Origin: a virus
DNA: 64,000 nt
Direction: 5' to 3' (one strand)
IMG/VR virus record: IMGVR_UViG_3300031994_000086
Coordinates: 1 to 64,000 of that record
This document shows, in pieces, positions 37,468 to 48,022 of the stretch. The notes beneath the pieces were generated by a model, which saw only the letters and a program-made list of their open reading frames with translations, was not told the origin of the DNA and did no database searches. The number at the start of each line of letters is the position of its first letter. Position 1 is the stretch's first letter. Both the position numbers and the translations under genes were made by a program.

Positions 37468-40400
37468 TATGCTACGTTGTTAATTTTAACATTGAGGTAT
37501 CTTCTTCCAAAGACTACATCGTCCATCCTTTCATCCATTCTGTCTATACTGCTTGATATAGCGTCAAGTGTTGACCTTATTCCTCGCAACTCAGCAAGAC
37601 TAAGGTTCATAGATGCACCCATTGTAGGCATTACTTCCTCTACAAGCCTCTGCAGATAGCCTCTATTCAGGCTGACATCGGCACGAATAGCATTGATGTA
37701 ACTTGCGAGAAGGTCTGCTGTGTCCTCTGTAACTCCCTTGATGCCAGAGGAAAGAGAACTTGATGCTGAGTCTTTCATGTCATAACCGTAAATCTTTGCA
37801 ATGTCATTCCAGTTATCCATAAAAGAGTTTGCCATTGACACTCTGTCTTGCAGTCCAAGGAAGATATTGTTAAGGTCGGCAAACAATCTACCATCCATAA
37901 CGCCGTTCTTGCGTTGGAACTCGTCAAGCCAAGTGTCTATATTGTCATCAAGCCACGTTCCGAGTATCTTCTGTTGCATTACACTCTGAGATACGTTTCT
38001 CAATGCCTCAGACACAGCATCCTTGTATGCCTTTACAGAGTTTGTTCCAGCTGCCCAAGCATCAACAAGTGACGAAGCAAGACTCTCAGAATAACCAGTA
38101 AAATCAATAGAGTACAGTTCTGCCGCCATCGTCTTAGCAAAATTGGTTATCTGCTGTTGTAACTTCTGTAACTCCTGTGAATATTCTGCAATCTTGGTGC
38201 TGTCTTGGTCTTTCTTCTCTTGCTCAAGTTGCAACATCATCCCTGCTTGGTCTTTCTGAGCCATCAGCAAAGCATACTGGGTGTCATAGTATGACTTGGA
38301 ATGCTTTGCTGTTCCAATCTGTTTTAATGTCTGAGCTGACAGGTGGTCTCGTAACGTGGTAGTCTCCACTCCGTTAAACAAATCGTGTAGGAATGAGCCT
38401 TCTACCTCATACTGCACCTTCATCAGCTCTTGTAACTGACTAAAGGCTTCGTCGGCTTTCTTGTCGCCCCAAGAATATACACCACCGGCAAGTGATTGTA
38501 TTGCTTCGGAAAGCATAGAAGAAAGGTTTGACAAGAGTTTATTACCCTCTTGCAGTTCTTGTATCATTGCCTCTCTGTCTGCATCAGGGTCTCCGATGAT
38601 GTCCGAAGCCACAGAGATTGCCGCTGCTGCCGCCGCTCCATAAGGTCCAGCAGCAGACAAGGCACTACCTAATCCACTATCCTTACCTGCCGCCTTGCTC
38701 AGAGTATCAAATGAGCCTGCCACAGAACTTGCAGATGACAAAGCATTGTTGCTCGCTCCAAGAATACCTGCCAATCCCTTTGCTCCTAACTTGTCAAACA
38801 AGTCTGCAACTGGTTGTAAGATAGAGTTGAGTGCCTGGAACGAATTAATCAGTGCGTCAGTATTCTTTTTCAGCTTATCTTGCGCACTTGTCTCACCGCT
38901 CTGGAAGTATTCACGACCATATCGCTGTCCCTCCTTCAAGCCTAATCTCCTGTCTCTTGCACTGTTTGTCGCAGTATAGGTCTTAGATGTACCCATTTCG
39001 TTAAGCACGCTACGGTAGTCACGCACTTGCGAGTAACTTGTGCCAAACTGTGTGAATACATCTTTGCGCTCCGTAATCTTGTCAAAGACATCTTTGACCT
39101 GCTCTGTTGCCTGTAAGAACTTGTCAAAAGTGATTATGCCATTCTCGTATTCATCGGTAATCTGCTGCAGTATTCTGTCACGCTCCTTTATAAGGGTGTC
39201 ATCATCCATATTCCATGCTGCACGATTGAATGTTCGATAGCCCTCAGAAGCCTCCATAATCTTTCGGTTTGCGTTTATCGTGGCAATTCTTGATGCTCTG
39301 TCTCGCACCTCCTTCGTGGCTTCTTCATCCACTTTGTCACCATCTTTAACCTTCAGATTGTTTATTATTCGCAAGGTATCGACTAATTCGTTCTTGATAC
39401 GCTCCAGTGCGGCTTCCTCACCTTCAAAACTATCTAACTGACCTACAACGGCATTGACGGCTTCTTTTTGAATATCCATTCTCGCCTGTCGCAGGTCTTT
39501 GATGATTTTGATAATGTCACCATCTTTGCCGAAAAGGTCTGTCAGTTCATCATCTTTCAGGTCTATCACATCGTCAAGCGTGAGCGTAGAGTTATCACGC
39601 TCGTTGACCTCGGCAATGCGCCTCTTTAATCTTTCAGTGAGGTCTCTTTCGTAGTCTTTACCGAGATTGATGTTTGATTTTCCATCAGTATCGGTATAGG
39701 TTACTGCATTATCAGCCAATATAGAAGCAACATTCTTACCGTACTTCTTGCGTATAGAGTCACGCAAATCGTACTGCGCCTTTAACTGCTGCGTAAATTC
39801 TTGGTAAGACTTTGTAAGTGCATCAACGACACGCTTTTCCTTGTCATACTGTGCCGTTTCCACATTCGTTTCCTTTGACTGCCAAGTGGCTTTTCTTGCC
39901 TCCTGCCACTCTTTCAGTCCCTTGCCGATGAGTTTCTTTGCATCGTCAGCTATGTACTGGCGCACTCCGACCTCGTCGCTCCAATCCTCAATACCTGTAA
40001 TGCCCTCCTGCTCTGCCTTTCTTGTGACACGCCTTGTTGCTTCTATCTCTCCGTAGAGGTCACGATATTTCTTATACAGTGCGATAAGTTTCTCAATAGC
40101 CTCCCAGCGTTTCTTCAAAGCGTCTAACTCTCTGTCACGAGGTGTACCACCACGACCATTCTTCTTTTTGTCATCATCAGTAAAGCCGTAGATGTCATAA
40201 TAGAGATATTTTTGCTTCTCATAATCTGCTTTCGCTTTATTAAGCTTTTCCTTAGTCCATTTTTCTTGACCTTTCTTTATTGACTGACTTATCAGGTCAA
40301 AATCCTTCTTCGCACTATCCAAGTCGGCTTTTGCCTTCTTTTGAAGGGCTGTAAAGTTGCCTTCTTGTGTCTGTTCCTCTAATGTTGACAAATAGTCTTT

Positions 40401-43400
40401 ATAATTTGGCTTACCAGTGCCAAGTTTTGACATCAAGCGGTCTGTCATCGTCTTTGTCAAGTCGTTTGTCTGTGTACCAGTGGTAAGTTTTGCTATAACC
40501 TGCACATAGAAAGGACTATTGTCAAGCAAACGCTGGAAATCTGCCGCCTTGTTAGGATATTCGGCTTTCATCGCTTCTATGGCAGCGGTGATAGCTTCTC
40601 TGCCCTGTCCTTCTGCGATGTCCTTGATATTCATACCATCCTTTATCTGCTGCTTGAAACCTTTGATGGCATCACCTCCCATCTTTTCCACCTTGGCAGC
40701 GATGATATTTCCGTAGGTGTCCCAGTTGTTCATTCTAAGGGCATCATGAGCCATCAATCTTAAAGCGTCTGCCATTTCAGGCGATTTCTTTTCAATGGTC
40801 TGTATCCAAGAGTTCAGATTTACCTCGAATATCTGTTGCTGTTCTTCCAGGGATTTGCCTGGATTTGCGTTCTTCGTCAGTTCCCAAAGCTCTGTCAGAT
40901 GTTCTTTCAACTGCTCATACAAGGTGTTGTAATCTCTTGAAAAGACATCTTTTGCAACAGCATCATTAGGTGTTTTCAGCAACTCATTGTATCTCTTTTG
41001 CAAATCCTCGATGTTTTCTTCGATAGAGTCTTCCCAGAAATTAAATGCCGACTTCTTCATCTCGTCAGCCCACGCATTTGACAACTGTTCTGCCGCTGGC
41101 TCAGCCTTATTTATCTTTTCTAACTCCTCACGAACCTTTTGCAGTTTGTCAATAACACTGTCATTGATGTCGAAATTTGCAAAGACAGAACCCGTCTGAG
41201 ACTCATACTCTTTCATCAGCTCGTTTAGATCATTGGTAGCTTCGTGCTCGTCTAAGTTGAGTCTCAAAGGGTGAGCGTCAAGAAATTCGGTCAGTCTTTC
41301 ATATCTGCTCCGTATTCCTTCTTCCATCGCCTTGGTTTGCTGCTCTACCTCTGTCTGTCTCTGCTGGTATTTGGCGTATGCAACAAATCCTGCCGTCAAA
41401 GCTACGCCTGCCCAGCCTCCCATCATACCGAGTGCGCCTGATGCAAGTGAGCCTATTCCTCTCATGGCAAGTGCGCCTGTACCTTTCATCGCAGTTCCCA
41501 TGTTACCAAACATACCTGCGATGTTGCCCTTCATCATATTTGCATTGATTTGGGCATAGGCAGACTTTGTCCTTTGCAGTATCACCAGACGTTCTGCCTC
41601 TTGTCTCGTGATTGCACCTGCGTTTTTCAGTGCTATCGCATCTCTGATAGTTATCTGGTTCTTTGTCGCAAGTATTCTCCTTTCTGCATCGTTCAGGGCA
41701 TTAGCACCTTGCAGGAGCGCCTTCTGTGATGCTTGCTGAACAAGGATTTGCTTAGAGGATATTGCGTTATTCAGTGAGCGACCTCCTAACAGACCGTTAA
41801 AGATAAGTCCACCTACCTTCTTTGCCGCAAAGGTGGCAAAAAATGCCATGACAACACCTGCAGCCTTGTTAAAGCCAAGTATTATCTCTGTAATGAAGTT
41901 CAGGATGCTCTTCATCGTGCCACCGACAACACTATCGCCTTTCGCAAACTCTGACAGCATTATCTCCCATGCGTCAACGAGTTTGTTGTAACGACCATAC
42001 AATGTCTGTGACAAGGTTTCCTGCATATTGAAGAACTGACCTCCCTTATCGGTCATATCCCACAATACCTGCTGTACATCTTCAAAAGACACCTGACGCT
42101 TGAATACCATCTGTCTTACCTCACCAGTGGTATATGCGTGGTCGCCCTGCTTGGTGTACATATCAGCGAGTTTCTGCAACAGTGGCACACCTGCATAAGC
42201 AAATTGACGCAATTCCTTACCGTCAAGCCAAGAACGTGCCTTAACCTGACCGTATGCCAATCCTAATCGCTCGAAAGATACGCCAAGTCCTGATGATATA
42301 TCGGCAAGTCGTTTCGTGGTGTCGTACAAATCGTCTGCTTCTACACCGAAGGCGGCTAACTGCTTGACATCTCGGTTCAGTTCTCCGAAGGTGAATGGAG
42401 AACTAAGGGCAAGTCCCTTAATCTGTCCGAACAGTTCATCTGCGTCTTGTAAGTCTCCGATGATAGAGCGCAGTGCGATGTGCTGTTTCTCTATCTCACC
42501 ACCAATCTGTATGACGCTCATTACAAGTTGTTGCATACCATATACGGGAGCAAACTGATACAGCATATTCGTCAGTTGTCCCATAGTGGTGTTTGCACCG
42601 TGTGCGGCACTCTGCAACTGCTTGTACTTGTCTGCTAACTGCTGTATCTGCTGTGCGTTACGTCTCGCTGCTTCCTCTGCTCGCTTTTGCGCATCTTCTT
42701 GCTCTCTCGCTGCTTTTGTTGCAGCTTTTGATGCAGCGTTGGCTTGCGTCTGCGCAACGCTGAGACTATTCAGTGCATCTTGCTTGCCTGCTGTGAGGTC
42801 TCGTTTTGAGTATAGTGCGCCGCCATTCTGTAATGCCTGCACCATCTGTTGATATGTGGCAATAACGCTCTGTATCTCCTGTTTGGCGGCTTCTAACTTT
42901 GATGTGTCAATATTAGGCGAATATTTCTTTTCGTCAGCTTCCCTTAATGTTGTTGACAATGACTTTATCTGTCTTTCAAGGAAGTCTATCTGACTGTCTC
43001 GCTTCGCCTGTATCTTGTTCTTCGCATTGAATTGGTCTAACTGACGCTGTGCAGCCTCCATCGCCTTTGCGTACTGATTGAGTGCCTGCACCTTGTCAGC
43101 ACCAGCGAGTTGGAAGTCTCTCTTTGTGGCAGACTTGTTGTCAAGGAGGTTGTAAAGGTCTATAATCTTCCTCAGTTCCGCTGCTTGCTGTGTCAGTCGT
43201 GAAGTGTCAAGTCCGGCGTCACGCATCTTGCCGCTTGTGGTATAGAGGTCTTTGAGTTTGTTTTGTAACCCTTCTACCTCTTTCGCTACCCTCAGATGAT
43301 TTGCCGCCTGTGCGTCAAGTGCCTTTTCGCTTTCTTTGGCGGCTTGTGCCTGCGCCCTTGCAGACTCTACGGCTGCTTTTTCTTGCGCTGTATAGAACTC

Positions 43401-44597
43401 TTTGAAGGCATTGCGCTCACCACTTGTCATCGTACGTTGTCCCTGTGACTGCATAGTGACACGCATTCGTGCTTCCTCTGCTCGCTTAAAGGACTGCTCA
43501 ATCGCTTTTGCGGTGTTTTCTGCCTCTCTTGCAACAGACTTGAAGTCATTGAGAAGGTTGCCGCCATTCATTCCCAAGAATGGATTGCTTCTTGTTATGT
43601 CAACAGAGTTCAGCATTTCACGCATACGCTGTATCTGTTGCATCTGCGCTGTTATCTGATTGTCCTGAGCCGAGCCTGTTTTTGTATTCGTCCTTGCAAT
43701 GTTCAGTCGCTCCTCCAGTTCAACAAGCCGTCTGAGTGCATCCTGTTGCTTTTCATAGTTAGCGGCGGTACGGACAAAAGACTGCTCATCTGCGTTACGC
43801 CCTGCAACCGCTATGCCAGCACGTTGCATCTCATTACGCATCTGTCTATGCTGGTCGTAGAAGTTGCGGAATGTACTCTCTAAAAATACACCGTCTTGCT
43901 TTGCATTCGTGATAAGGGTGCGCCAACCTGCCTCTAACGACTGAAAATCCTGTATGCGCTGACGCATAGCAGTAACTCGTGTGTCGTTCTCTCCGTATTT
44001 GGATATAGAAGCGTTGAGCTGTGCTGCGGCACGAGCAGACATCGTTTGTATCTGTTGTATCGCTCCGTTTGCCATATTGGAGTATTTCATATACTCCTTT
44101 GTCTCAGACTGAAACGCCTTAACAACGGCTTGCGACTCCTTCCCTAATGATAAGAACTTCTCAAAACCGATGTTATCTACGATATGATTGACAAGCTTTC
44201 CTGGACTCCCTGCCTTACTCTGCAATGACTCCAACGTAGCATATAACTTTCGTATCTGCTCTGTTGTCTGCGCTATCTTGTCTGAGCCAAAACCGAGGTC
44301 TATCTGCTGACGTTTTAAGTCGTTCAGGCGCATCATACTATCAACCATCTGGTCGATACTTCTTGTCGCCTGCTTGGCTTCTGACGGACTGATAATACCA
44401 CTTATCGTCTTGCCGTTTGCAGTTGTCATCTCCTTAGCCAAGCCTCCAATGCCTGTCTTTAACTTGGAAAACAGACTTTGCGTCCTGGATATCTCTGCAT
44501 TTATTTCTGAGATGGATTTTTCCACCTTGCCAAGCGGAGCAGATACACCATCTTTTAACCCAAGTTCTATTTCTAATGCTCCTATATTCTCTGCCAT
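37467..44597 (-). CDS. tape measure protein (2376 aa)
   Basis: Very long coiled-coil-rich ORF with Ala/Gly-rich hydrophobic central segments; follows the chaperone pair. Confidence 0.7.
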   Translation of the reverse strand: MAENIGALEIELGLKDGVSAPLGKVEKSISEINAEISRTQSLFSKLKTGIGGLAKEMTTANGKTISGIISPSEAKQATRSIDQMVDSMMRLNDLKRQQIDLGFGSDKIAQTTEQIRKLYATLESLQSKAGSPGKLVNHIVDNIGFEKFLSLGKESQAVVKAFQSETKEYMKYSNMANGAIQQIQTMSARAAAQLNASISKYGENDTRVTAMRQRIQDFQSLEAGWRTLITNAKQDGVFLESTFRNFYDQHRQMRNEMQRAGIAVAGRNADEQSFVRTAANYEKQQDALRRLVELEERLNIARTNTKTGSAQDNQITAQMQQIQRMREMLNSVDITRSNPFLGMNGGNLLNDFKSVAREAENTAKAIEQSFKRAEEARMRVTMQSQGQRTMTSGERNAFKEFYTAQEKAAVESARAQAQAAKESEKALDAQAANHLRVAKEVEGLQNKLKDLYTTSGKMRDAGLDTSRLTQQAAELRKIIDLYNLLDNKSATKRDFQLAGADKVQALNQYAKAMEAAQRQLDQFNAKNKIQAKRDSQIDFLERQIKSLSTTLREADEKKYSPNIDTSKLEAAKQEIQSVIATYQQMVQALQNGGALYSKRDLTAGKQDALNSLSVAQTQANAASKAATKAAREQEDAQKRAEEAARRNAQQIQQLADKYKQLQSAAHGANTTMGQLTNMLYQFAPVYGMQQLVMSVIQIGGEIEKQHIALRSIIGDLQDADELFGQIKGLALSSPFTFGELNRDVKQLAAFGVEADDLYDTTKRLADISSGLGVSFERLGLAYGQVKARSWLDGKELRQFAYAGVPLLQKLADMYTKQGDHAYTTGEVRQMVFKRQVSFEDVQQVLWDMTDKGGQFFNMQETLSQTLYGRYNKLVDAWEIMLSEFAKGDSVVGGTMKSILNFITEIILGFNKAAGVVMAFFATFAAKKVGGLIFNGLLGGRSLNNAISSKQILVQQASQKALLQGANALNDAERRILATKNQITIRDAIALKNAGAITRQEAERLVILQRTKSAYAQINANMMKGNIAGMFGNMGTAMKGTGALAMRGIGSLASGALGMMGGWAGVALTAGFVAYAKYQQRQTEVEQQTKAMEEGIRSRYERLTEFLDAHPLRLNLDEHEATNDLNELMKEYESQTGSVFANFDINDSVIDKLQKVREELEKINKAEPAAEQLSNAWADEMKKSAFNFWEDSIEENIEDLQKRYNELLKTPNDAVAKDVFSRDYNTLYEQLKEHLTELWELTKNANPGKSLEEQQQIFEVNLNSWIQTIEKKSPEMADALRLMAHDALRMNNWDTYGNIIAAKVEKMGGDAIKGFKQQIKDGMNIKDIAEGQGREAITAAIEAMKAEYPNKAADFQRLLDNSPFYVQVIAKLTTGTQTNDLTKTMTDRLMSKLGTGKPNYKDYLSTLEEQTQEGNFTALQKKAKADLDSAKKDFDLISQSIKKGQEKWTKEKLNKAKADYEKQKYLYYDIYGFTDDDKKKNGRGGTPRDRELDALKKRWEAIEKLIALYKKYRDLYGEIEATRRVTRKAEQEGITGIEDWSDEVGVRQYIADDAKKLIGKGLKEWQEARKATWQSKETNVETAQYDKEKRVVDALTKSYQEFTQQLKAQYDLRDSIRKKYGKNVASILADNAVTYTDTDGKSNINLGKDYERDLTERLKRRIAEVNERDNSTLTLDDVIDLKDDELTDLFGKDGDIIKIIKDLRQARMDIQKEAVNAVVGQLDSFEGEEAALERIKNELVDTLRIINNLKVKDGDKVDEEATKEVRDRASRIATINANRKIMEASEGYRTFNRAAWNMDDDTLIKERDRILQQITDEYENGIITFDKFLQATEQVKDVFDKITERKDVFTQFGTSYSQVRDYRSVLNEMGTSKTYTATNSARDRRLGLKEGQRYGREYFQSGETSAQDKLKKNTDALINSFQALNSILQPVADLFDKLGAKGLAGILGASNNALSSASSVAGSFDTLSKAAGKDSGLGSALSAAGPYGAAAAAAISVASDIIGDPDADREAMIQELQEGNKLLSNLSSMLSEAIQSLAGGVYSWGDKKADEAFSQLQELMKVQYEVEGSFLHDLFNGVETTTLRDHLSAQTLKQIGTAKHSKSYYDTQYALLMAQKDQAGMMLQLEQEKKDQDSTKIAEYSQELQKLQQQITNFAKTMAAELYSIDFTGYSESLASSLVDAWAAGTNSVKAYKDAVSEALRNVSQSVMQQKILGTWLDDNIDTWLDEFQRKNGVMDGRLFADLNNIFLGLQDRVSMANSFMDNWNDIAKIYGYDMKDSASSSLSSGIKGVTEDTADLLASYINAIRADVSLNRGYLQRLVEEVMPTMGASMNLSLAELRGIRSTLDAISSSIDRMDERMDDVVFGRRYLNVKINNVA

Positions 44598-44615
44598 AAC
44601 ATTTACTCTTTGTCG

Positions 44616-44867
44616 TTATTTTTTGAAAAATTCTCCGAGTGATGTTCTCTTTCCTCCCTTAAACTCCTGCAACGGGTCGGAAACGCCCTTTGCTCCTCCT
44701 TTTTTCTTTTCCCAGCGTTCTGCAAGGTCATCCATCTGCTTCTTGGTGTTCTTTTTCTCTTTCTTGAAACTTACAAATGGCTGGTCTGCTATCATTAGCT
44801 CTATCTGCGCTTTTGTATAACCCCACCAATAATCGTAAGCCTTAACGCCAAACCTCCTTTCAAACAA
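44616..44867 (-). CDS. tail assembly chaperone, -1 frame extension (GT-like C-terminal part)
   Basis: Its frame stays open upstream back to the A9 tract at 45014-45022 and overlaps the 149-aa chaperone ORF. Confidence 0.45.
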   Translation of the reverse strand: MFERRFGVKAYDYWWGYTKAQIELMIADQPFVSFKKEKKNTKKQMDDLAERWEKKKGGAKGVSDPLQEFKGGKRTSLGEFFKK

Positions 44868-44884
44868 GAAAGGATGCTTCTCTG

Positions 44885-45334
44885 CTAAGGAGTATGCGGC
44901 TCCCCACGTCGTGCGGCTTGGAAACGTTTTACTTCCTCCTTCGTCATCGTCATCATCAAGTCCGTCATCTCTGTCAAGTACATGGTAGCCAAGTAAAATG
45001 CTTCGTGCTGTACTTTTTTTTTAGCCACATCAAGTACCCGCAGGGCATCTACATTGTCAAGGTCTTTGACATAGTACAACCAACGCCACATAAACCAATA
45101 AAGGAAGAATATCTTAAACTTTCCGTTAAGCAGTATCGCTGCTACCGTCTTACAGTGCGCCTTTTGGGGGTCTTCTTCGGTTTGCATAATATGCGTCACT
45201 TTCCGTTGTGTGCCGTTATGAACCCAGCCGATGGTGTAAGTATGACCGTTAACATTCACTTTCTCTGGCGTAGCAGAATAAAGCTCATCTAACTTTTTCT
45301 GCAGCACTATGTCGGGAGTCTCTTTTTCTTTCAT
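44885..45334 (-). CDS. tail assembly chaperone (G-like), with a slippery A9 tract
   Basis: 149 aa; lies upstream of the TMP; the '...AKKKVQ...' segment is encoded by 'gct aaa aaa aaa gta'. Confidence 0.5.
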   Translation of the reverse strand: MKEKETPDIVLQKKLDELYSATPEKVNVNGHTYTIGWVHNGTQRKVTHIMQTEEDPQKAHCKTVAAILLNGKFKIFFLYWFMWRWLYYVKDLDNVDALRVLDVAKKKVQHEAFYLATMYLTEMTDLMMTMTKEEVKRFQAARRGEPHTP

Positions 45335-45419
45335 ATAAACTTAAACAAGAAGGGCAGTGACGGAATACACCATCACCGCCCTCGGTAAAACTAATAATCA
45401 AACATCATGAAAACAGTTC

Positions 45420-46025
45420 TTAGTTAGCGTCAACACGCTTCAACCATGCGAAGTTAGCGTCGCCTGAGGTCTCGATAGAACCAGAGAACTGAATAGCAAA
45501 CGGCTCTGTTGATGCGTTCTCATACAGAGGCTTCGCATACAGTGCGATGTTGCTGATAATCATAAAGTTCTCCTTGTTCTCGTCAAGAAGTCCTATTGTA
45601 CCAGTCACCTTCTGCATATTTACCACAACAGAAGCGCCTTCCCACTTCTTGCCTGTGCCAGCAGGAGAGTCACCACCAGTCATAGTCGCACCAGTGATGG
45701 TCTTGTAAGCAGTCTCGCCGAAAGCGAGCTTGATAACATCCTCCGCCTTTGTAGGTACGGTGAACTGTACAGTGAAGTCACCTGCCTCGGCTGATGATGT
45801 CCAGTCACCCTGCAAGCCGATAACCTTGTAGTGGTTGATTGTAGGGTCGTCCTGGGAAATCTGAAGTGTGTCAACGGTGACAGGGAGGTCGTAGTCCCAG
45901 TCAATACTGATAGCATTACCGCCTGCATCTGTTGCTCCGTCAAGGTCAACAGCAGTCTTGCAGAAGTACAGTGAGGAAAGTCCGTTAAATACGTCTTTCA
46001 ACTCGGTCTTTGTCTTAAAAGCCAT
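45420..46025 (-). CDS. major tail protein candidate
   Basis: 201 aa, T/G/S-rich, between the connector genes and the chaperones. Confidence 0.5.
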   Translation of the reverse strand: MAFKTKTELKDVFNGLSSLYFCKTAVDLDGATDAGGNAISIDWDYDLPVTVDTLQISQDDPTINHYKVIGLQGDWTSSAEAGDFTVQFTVPTKAEDVIKLAFGETAYKTITGATMTGGDSPAGTGKKWEGASVVVNMQKVTGTIGLLDENKENFMIISNIALYAKPLYENASTEPFAIQFSGSIETSGDANFAWLKRVDAN

Positions 46026-46042
46026 AGTCTTTTCTCCTTTTT

Positions 46043-46465
46043 TTAATTGTTGTCAATATATGTCGTCAGTCTTGCAGTTATCAATACATAGTGCCAGCCG
46101 TCACCATCTGATGATGAGAAGATAACTCTCGGATTGTGTATCATTACGCTTTTCTCCTTGTCTATTATCGGAAAAAGTGCCATCACCGATTTTGTTATCT
46201 TGTCTATACGCTGTATGTTCAGCTGGTTTGTTTGCTGTGAGGTCTGCTTGTCTCTCACATATAGGTCTATGTCTATCGTCGTGACATAGTAGTTTAATTC
46301 ATCTTCTCCTCCTAACTCTCTGTTGCTGATATAACTCGGACAATACACAACGGCATACTCACCAACTTGTTCACTAACCGCTTTCGGACGGTCGAAGTAA
46401 ACCTTTGGTGTTACAGTCTTTAATGCCTTGTAGGCTGTCTGTATATAGTCGCCGATATTTATCAT
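46043..46465 (-). CDS. tail terminator / completion protein candidate
   Basis: 140 aa. Confidence 0.35.
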   Translation of the reverse strand: MINIGDYIQTAYKALKTVTPKVYFDRPKAVSEQVGEYAVVYCPSYISNRELGGEDELNYYVTTIDIDLYVRDKQTSQQTNQLNIQRIDKITKSVMALFPIIDKEKSVMIHNPRVIFSSSDGDGWHYVLITARLTTYIDNN

Positions 46466-47058
46466 CTTCCGAATTGCGCTTTAAGAAGTCCTGTTAATGT
46501 CTCTTGTAGTTTATTGTCATGTTTTTCGTTTATATCCTTTGCGTATGGCATATTTGCGTACACATATAGCGATACCCAGTGTCTTTTGCCTGTGCTCTTG
46601 CCACCTCTAAGGTCTTGCCTATATTGTATCGCTCTCTCTATACCTGTCCGTAGTCCTCCATCCATAGTCGCCTTAAACGGAGCTTTGTTCTCCTTGCCGC
46701 TGTAATAATATGGCAACAGATATCTCTCTCCTGCTCTCAGTGGCTTACGTGTCGGCTCGCCTGCTCCTCTTTGATATGGCATAAAGGTGCGGCTTAGTAT
46801 GTAACGGTGCGTCTTAGGGTCATTCTTTATTACTGATACACCCATACTCGAAAAAAGGTTACCTGTTACACCGAAAAATCCAAGATGCCCACCCCTTTCA
46901 AGCCTTGCAATGTTTTCTGATAACGCCTCGGCTCTGTCAACCATTAGCGCATAGGCTTTCTGTGACGCTTCTTGCTTCACGATGTCGCTGATAGTACTTT
47001 TGGCAAGTTTGCCAGTCGCTCTCAGTCCGTGCCCTTGTGTCCAGTTTGCCCATTTCAT
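46462..47058 (-). CDS. head-tail joining protein candidate
   Basis: 198 aa, overlaps its neighbours. Confidence 0.35.
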   Translation of the reverse strand: MKWANWTQGHGLRATGKLAKSTISDIVKQEASQKAYALMVDRAEALSENIARLERGGHLGFFGVTGNLFSSMGVSVIKNDPKTHRYILSRTFMPYQRGAGEPTRKPLRAGERYLLPYYYSGKENKAPFKATMDGGLRTGIERAIQYRQDLRGGKSTGKRHWVSLYVYANMPYAKDINEKHDNKLQETLTGLLKAQFGR

Positions 47059-47065
47059 TGCGTTA

Positions 47066-47539
47066 TCAGTCTGTTACTCTCGGACGCTCCCAATAAATGA
47101 GTGTCCTGTCATTGTCGGGTTCAATATCTTTTACCTCTCCGCTATATATCACATCACCAACCTTTACCGCTATTCTATCTCCATCAAGTACTTCGTGCGT
47201 CCATTCGTCAAAACGTACAGGTATAGAACATTTCCTGCGGTTCATGTCCATGTGGGTGTCACCTGTGGTTGTCGTATCGGTAAATGTCCTTCCTCTGCCA
47301 TCATACAACACCACTGTAACATCATGTGTTATCTCCTCCGCATCAGAAGGAAACTCATATCGCACATCTTCCGTCTGTTCTTCATCAGAAGCAACATCTT
47401 CCGTCTGCTCGGTTTCTTCATCACCGAAAAGGTCGTCATCGTCAGTGTCCGTTTCTTCAAAGGGATTGTCAGGGACGATGAGCCTCGTTATCACTACGTG
47501 ATGTGGGTATCTGTTATTTTCTCTGATGACTTTCAGCAT
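47066..47539 (-). CDS. head-tail connector protein candidate with acidic tract
   Basis: 157 aa; 'ETDTDDDDLFGDEETEQTEDVASDEEQTEDV'. Confidence 0.35.
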   Translation of the reverse strand: MLKVIRENNRYPHHVVITRLIVPDNPFEETDTDDDDLFGDEETEQTEDVASDEEQTEDVRYEFPSDAEEITHDVTVVLYDGRGRTFTDTTTTGDTHMDMNRRKCSIPVRFDEWTHEVLDGDRIAVKVGDVIYSGEVKDIEPDNDRTLIYWERPRVTD

Positions 47540-48009
47540 ATTATATGCGGTTGTGGCTGCCCATTGGTGTCAAAATCAGCTGGACGTATGCCATAGGATT
47601 GTATCTTTACTGATGTCTTGCCGATAGTCTTTTCTCCGTTCTCTTCATAGATAGCGTTTGCAGCTTTAAGGAACAGTGCTTTGTCTGCCTCTGTGAGGGT
47701 GTAGCCTCCGTCGGTATGGTTCCAACCGTTGTCTGTATCGGACGTGTTACCTCTGCGACTTACACCATATACCATCCAGACAAGCAAGTCTGCCTTACAG
47801 AGATTGCGTACATTGCGCTCCACAGCCATTGCGTCAGCATTGTAGTCTATGTCCCTATCTACACAGATGCGTACTATCACCTCACTCGGTATGTCGAAAT
47901 TGACAGAACTTGCCAGATAGTCCATCATCGTGAAGGAGAAAACCTCGGCACTGTCCTCCTTTCGGAGGGCAGCACCTTTGGTCTCTATTATCTCTGTAGC
48001 TATACTCAT
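47533..48009 (-). CDS. head completion / adaptor candidate
   Basis: 158 aa. Confidence 0.35.
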   Translation of the reverse strand: MSIATEIIETKGAALRKEDSAEVFSFTMMDYLASSVNFDIPSEVIVRICVDRDIDYNADAMAVERNVRNLCKADLLVWMVYGVSRRGNTSDTDNGWNHTDGGYTLTEADKALFLKAANAIYEENGEKTIGKTSVKIQSYGIRPADFDTNGQPQPHIIC

Positions 48010-48022
48010 TGTATAAAGGAGT

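Noticed and set aside
37477-44820. Numerous 60-150 aa ORFs antisense to the tape measure gene
   Set aside because: They are all nested in the 2376-aa minus-strand CDS and have Ser/Ala/Cys-rich composition typical of antisense frames of a coiled-coil gene.
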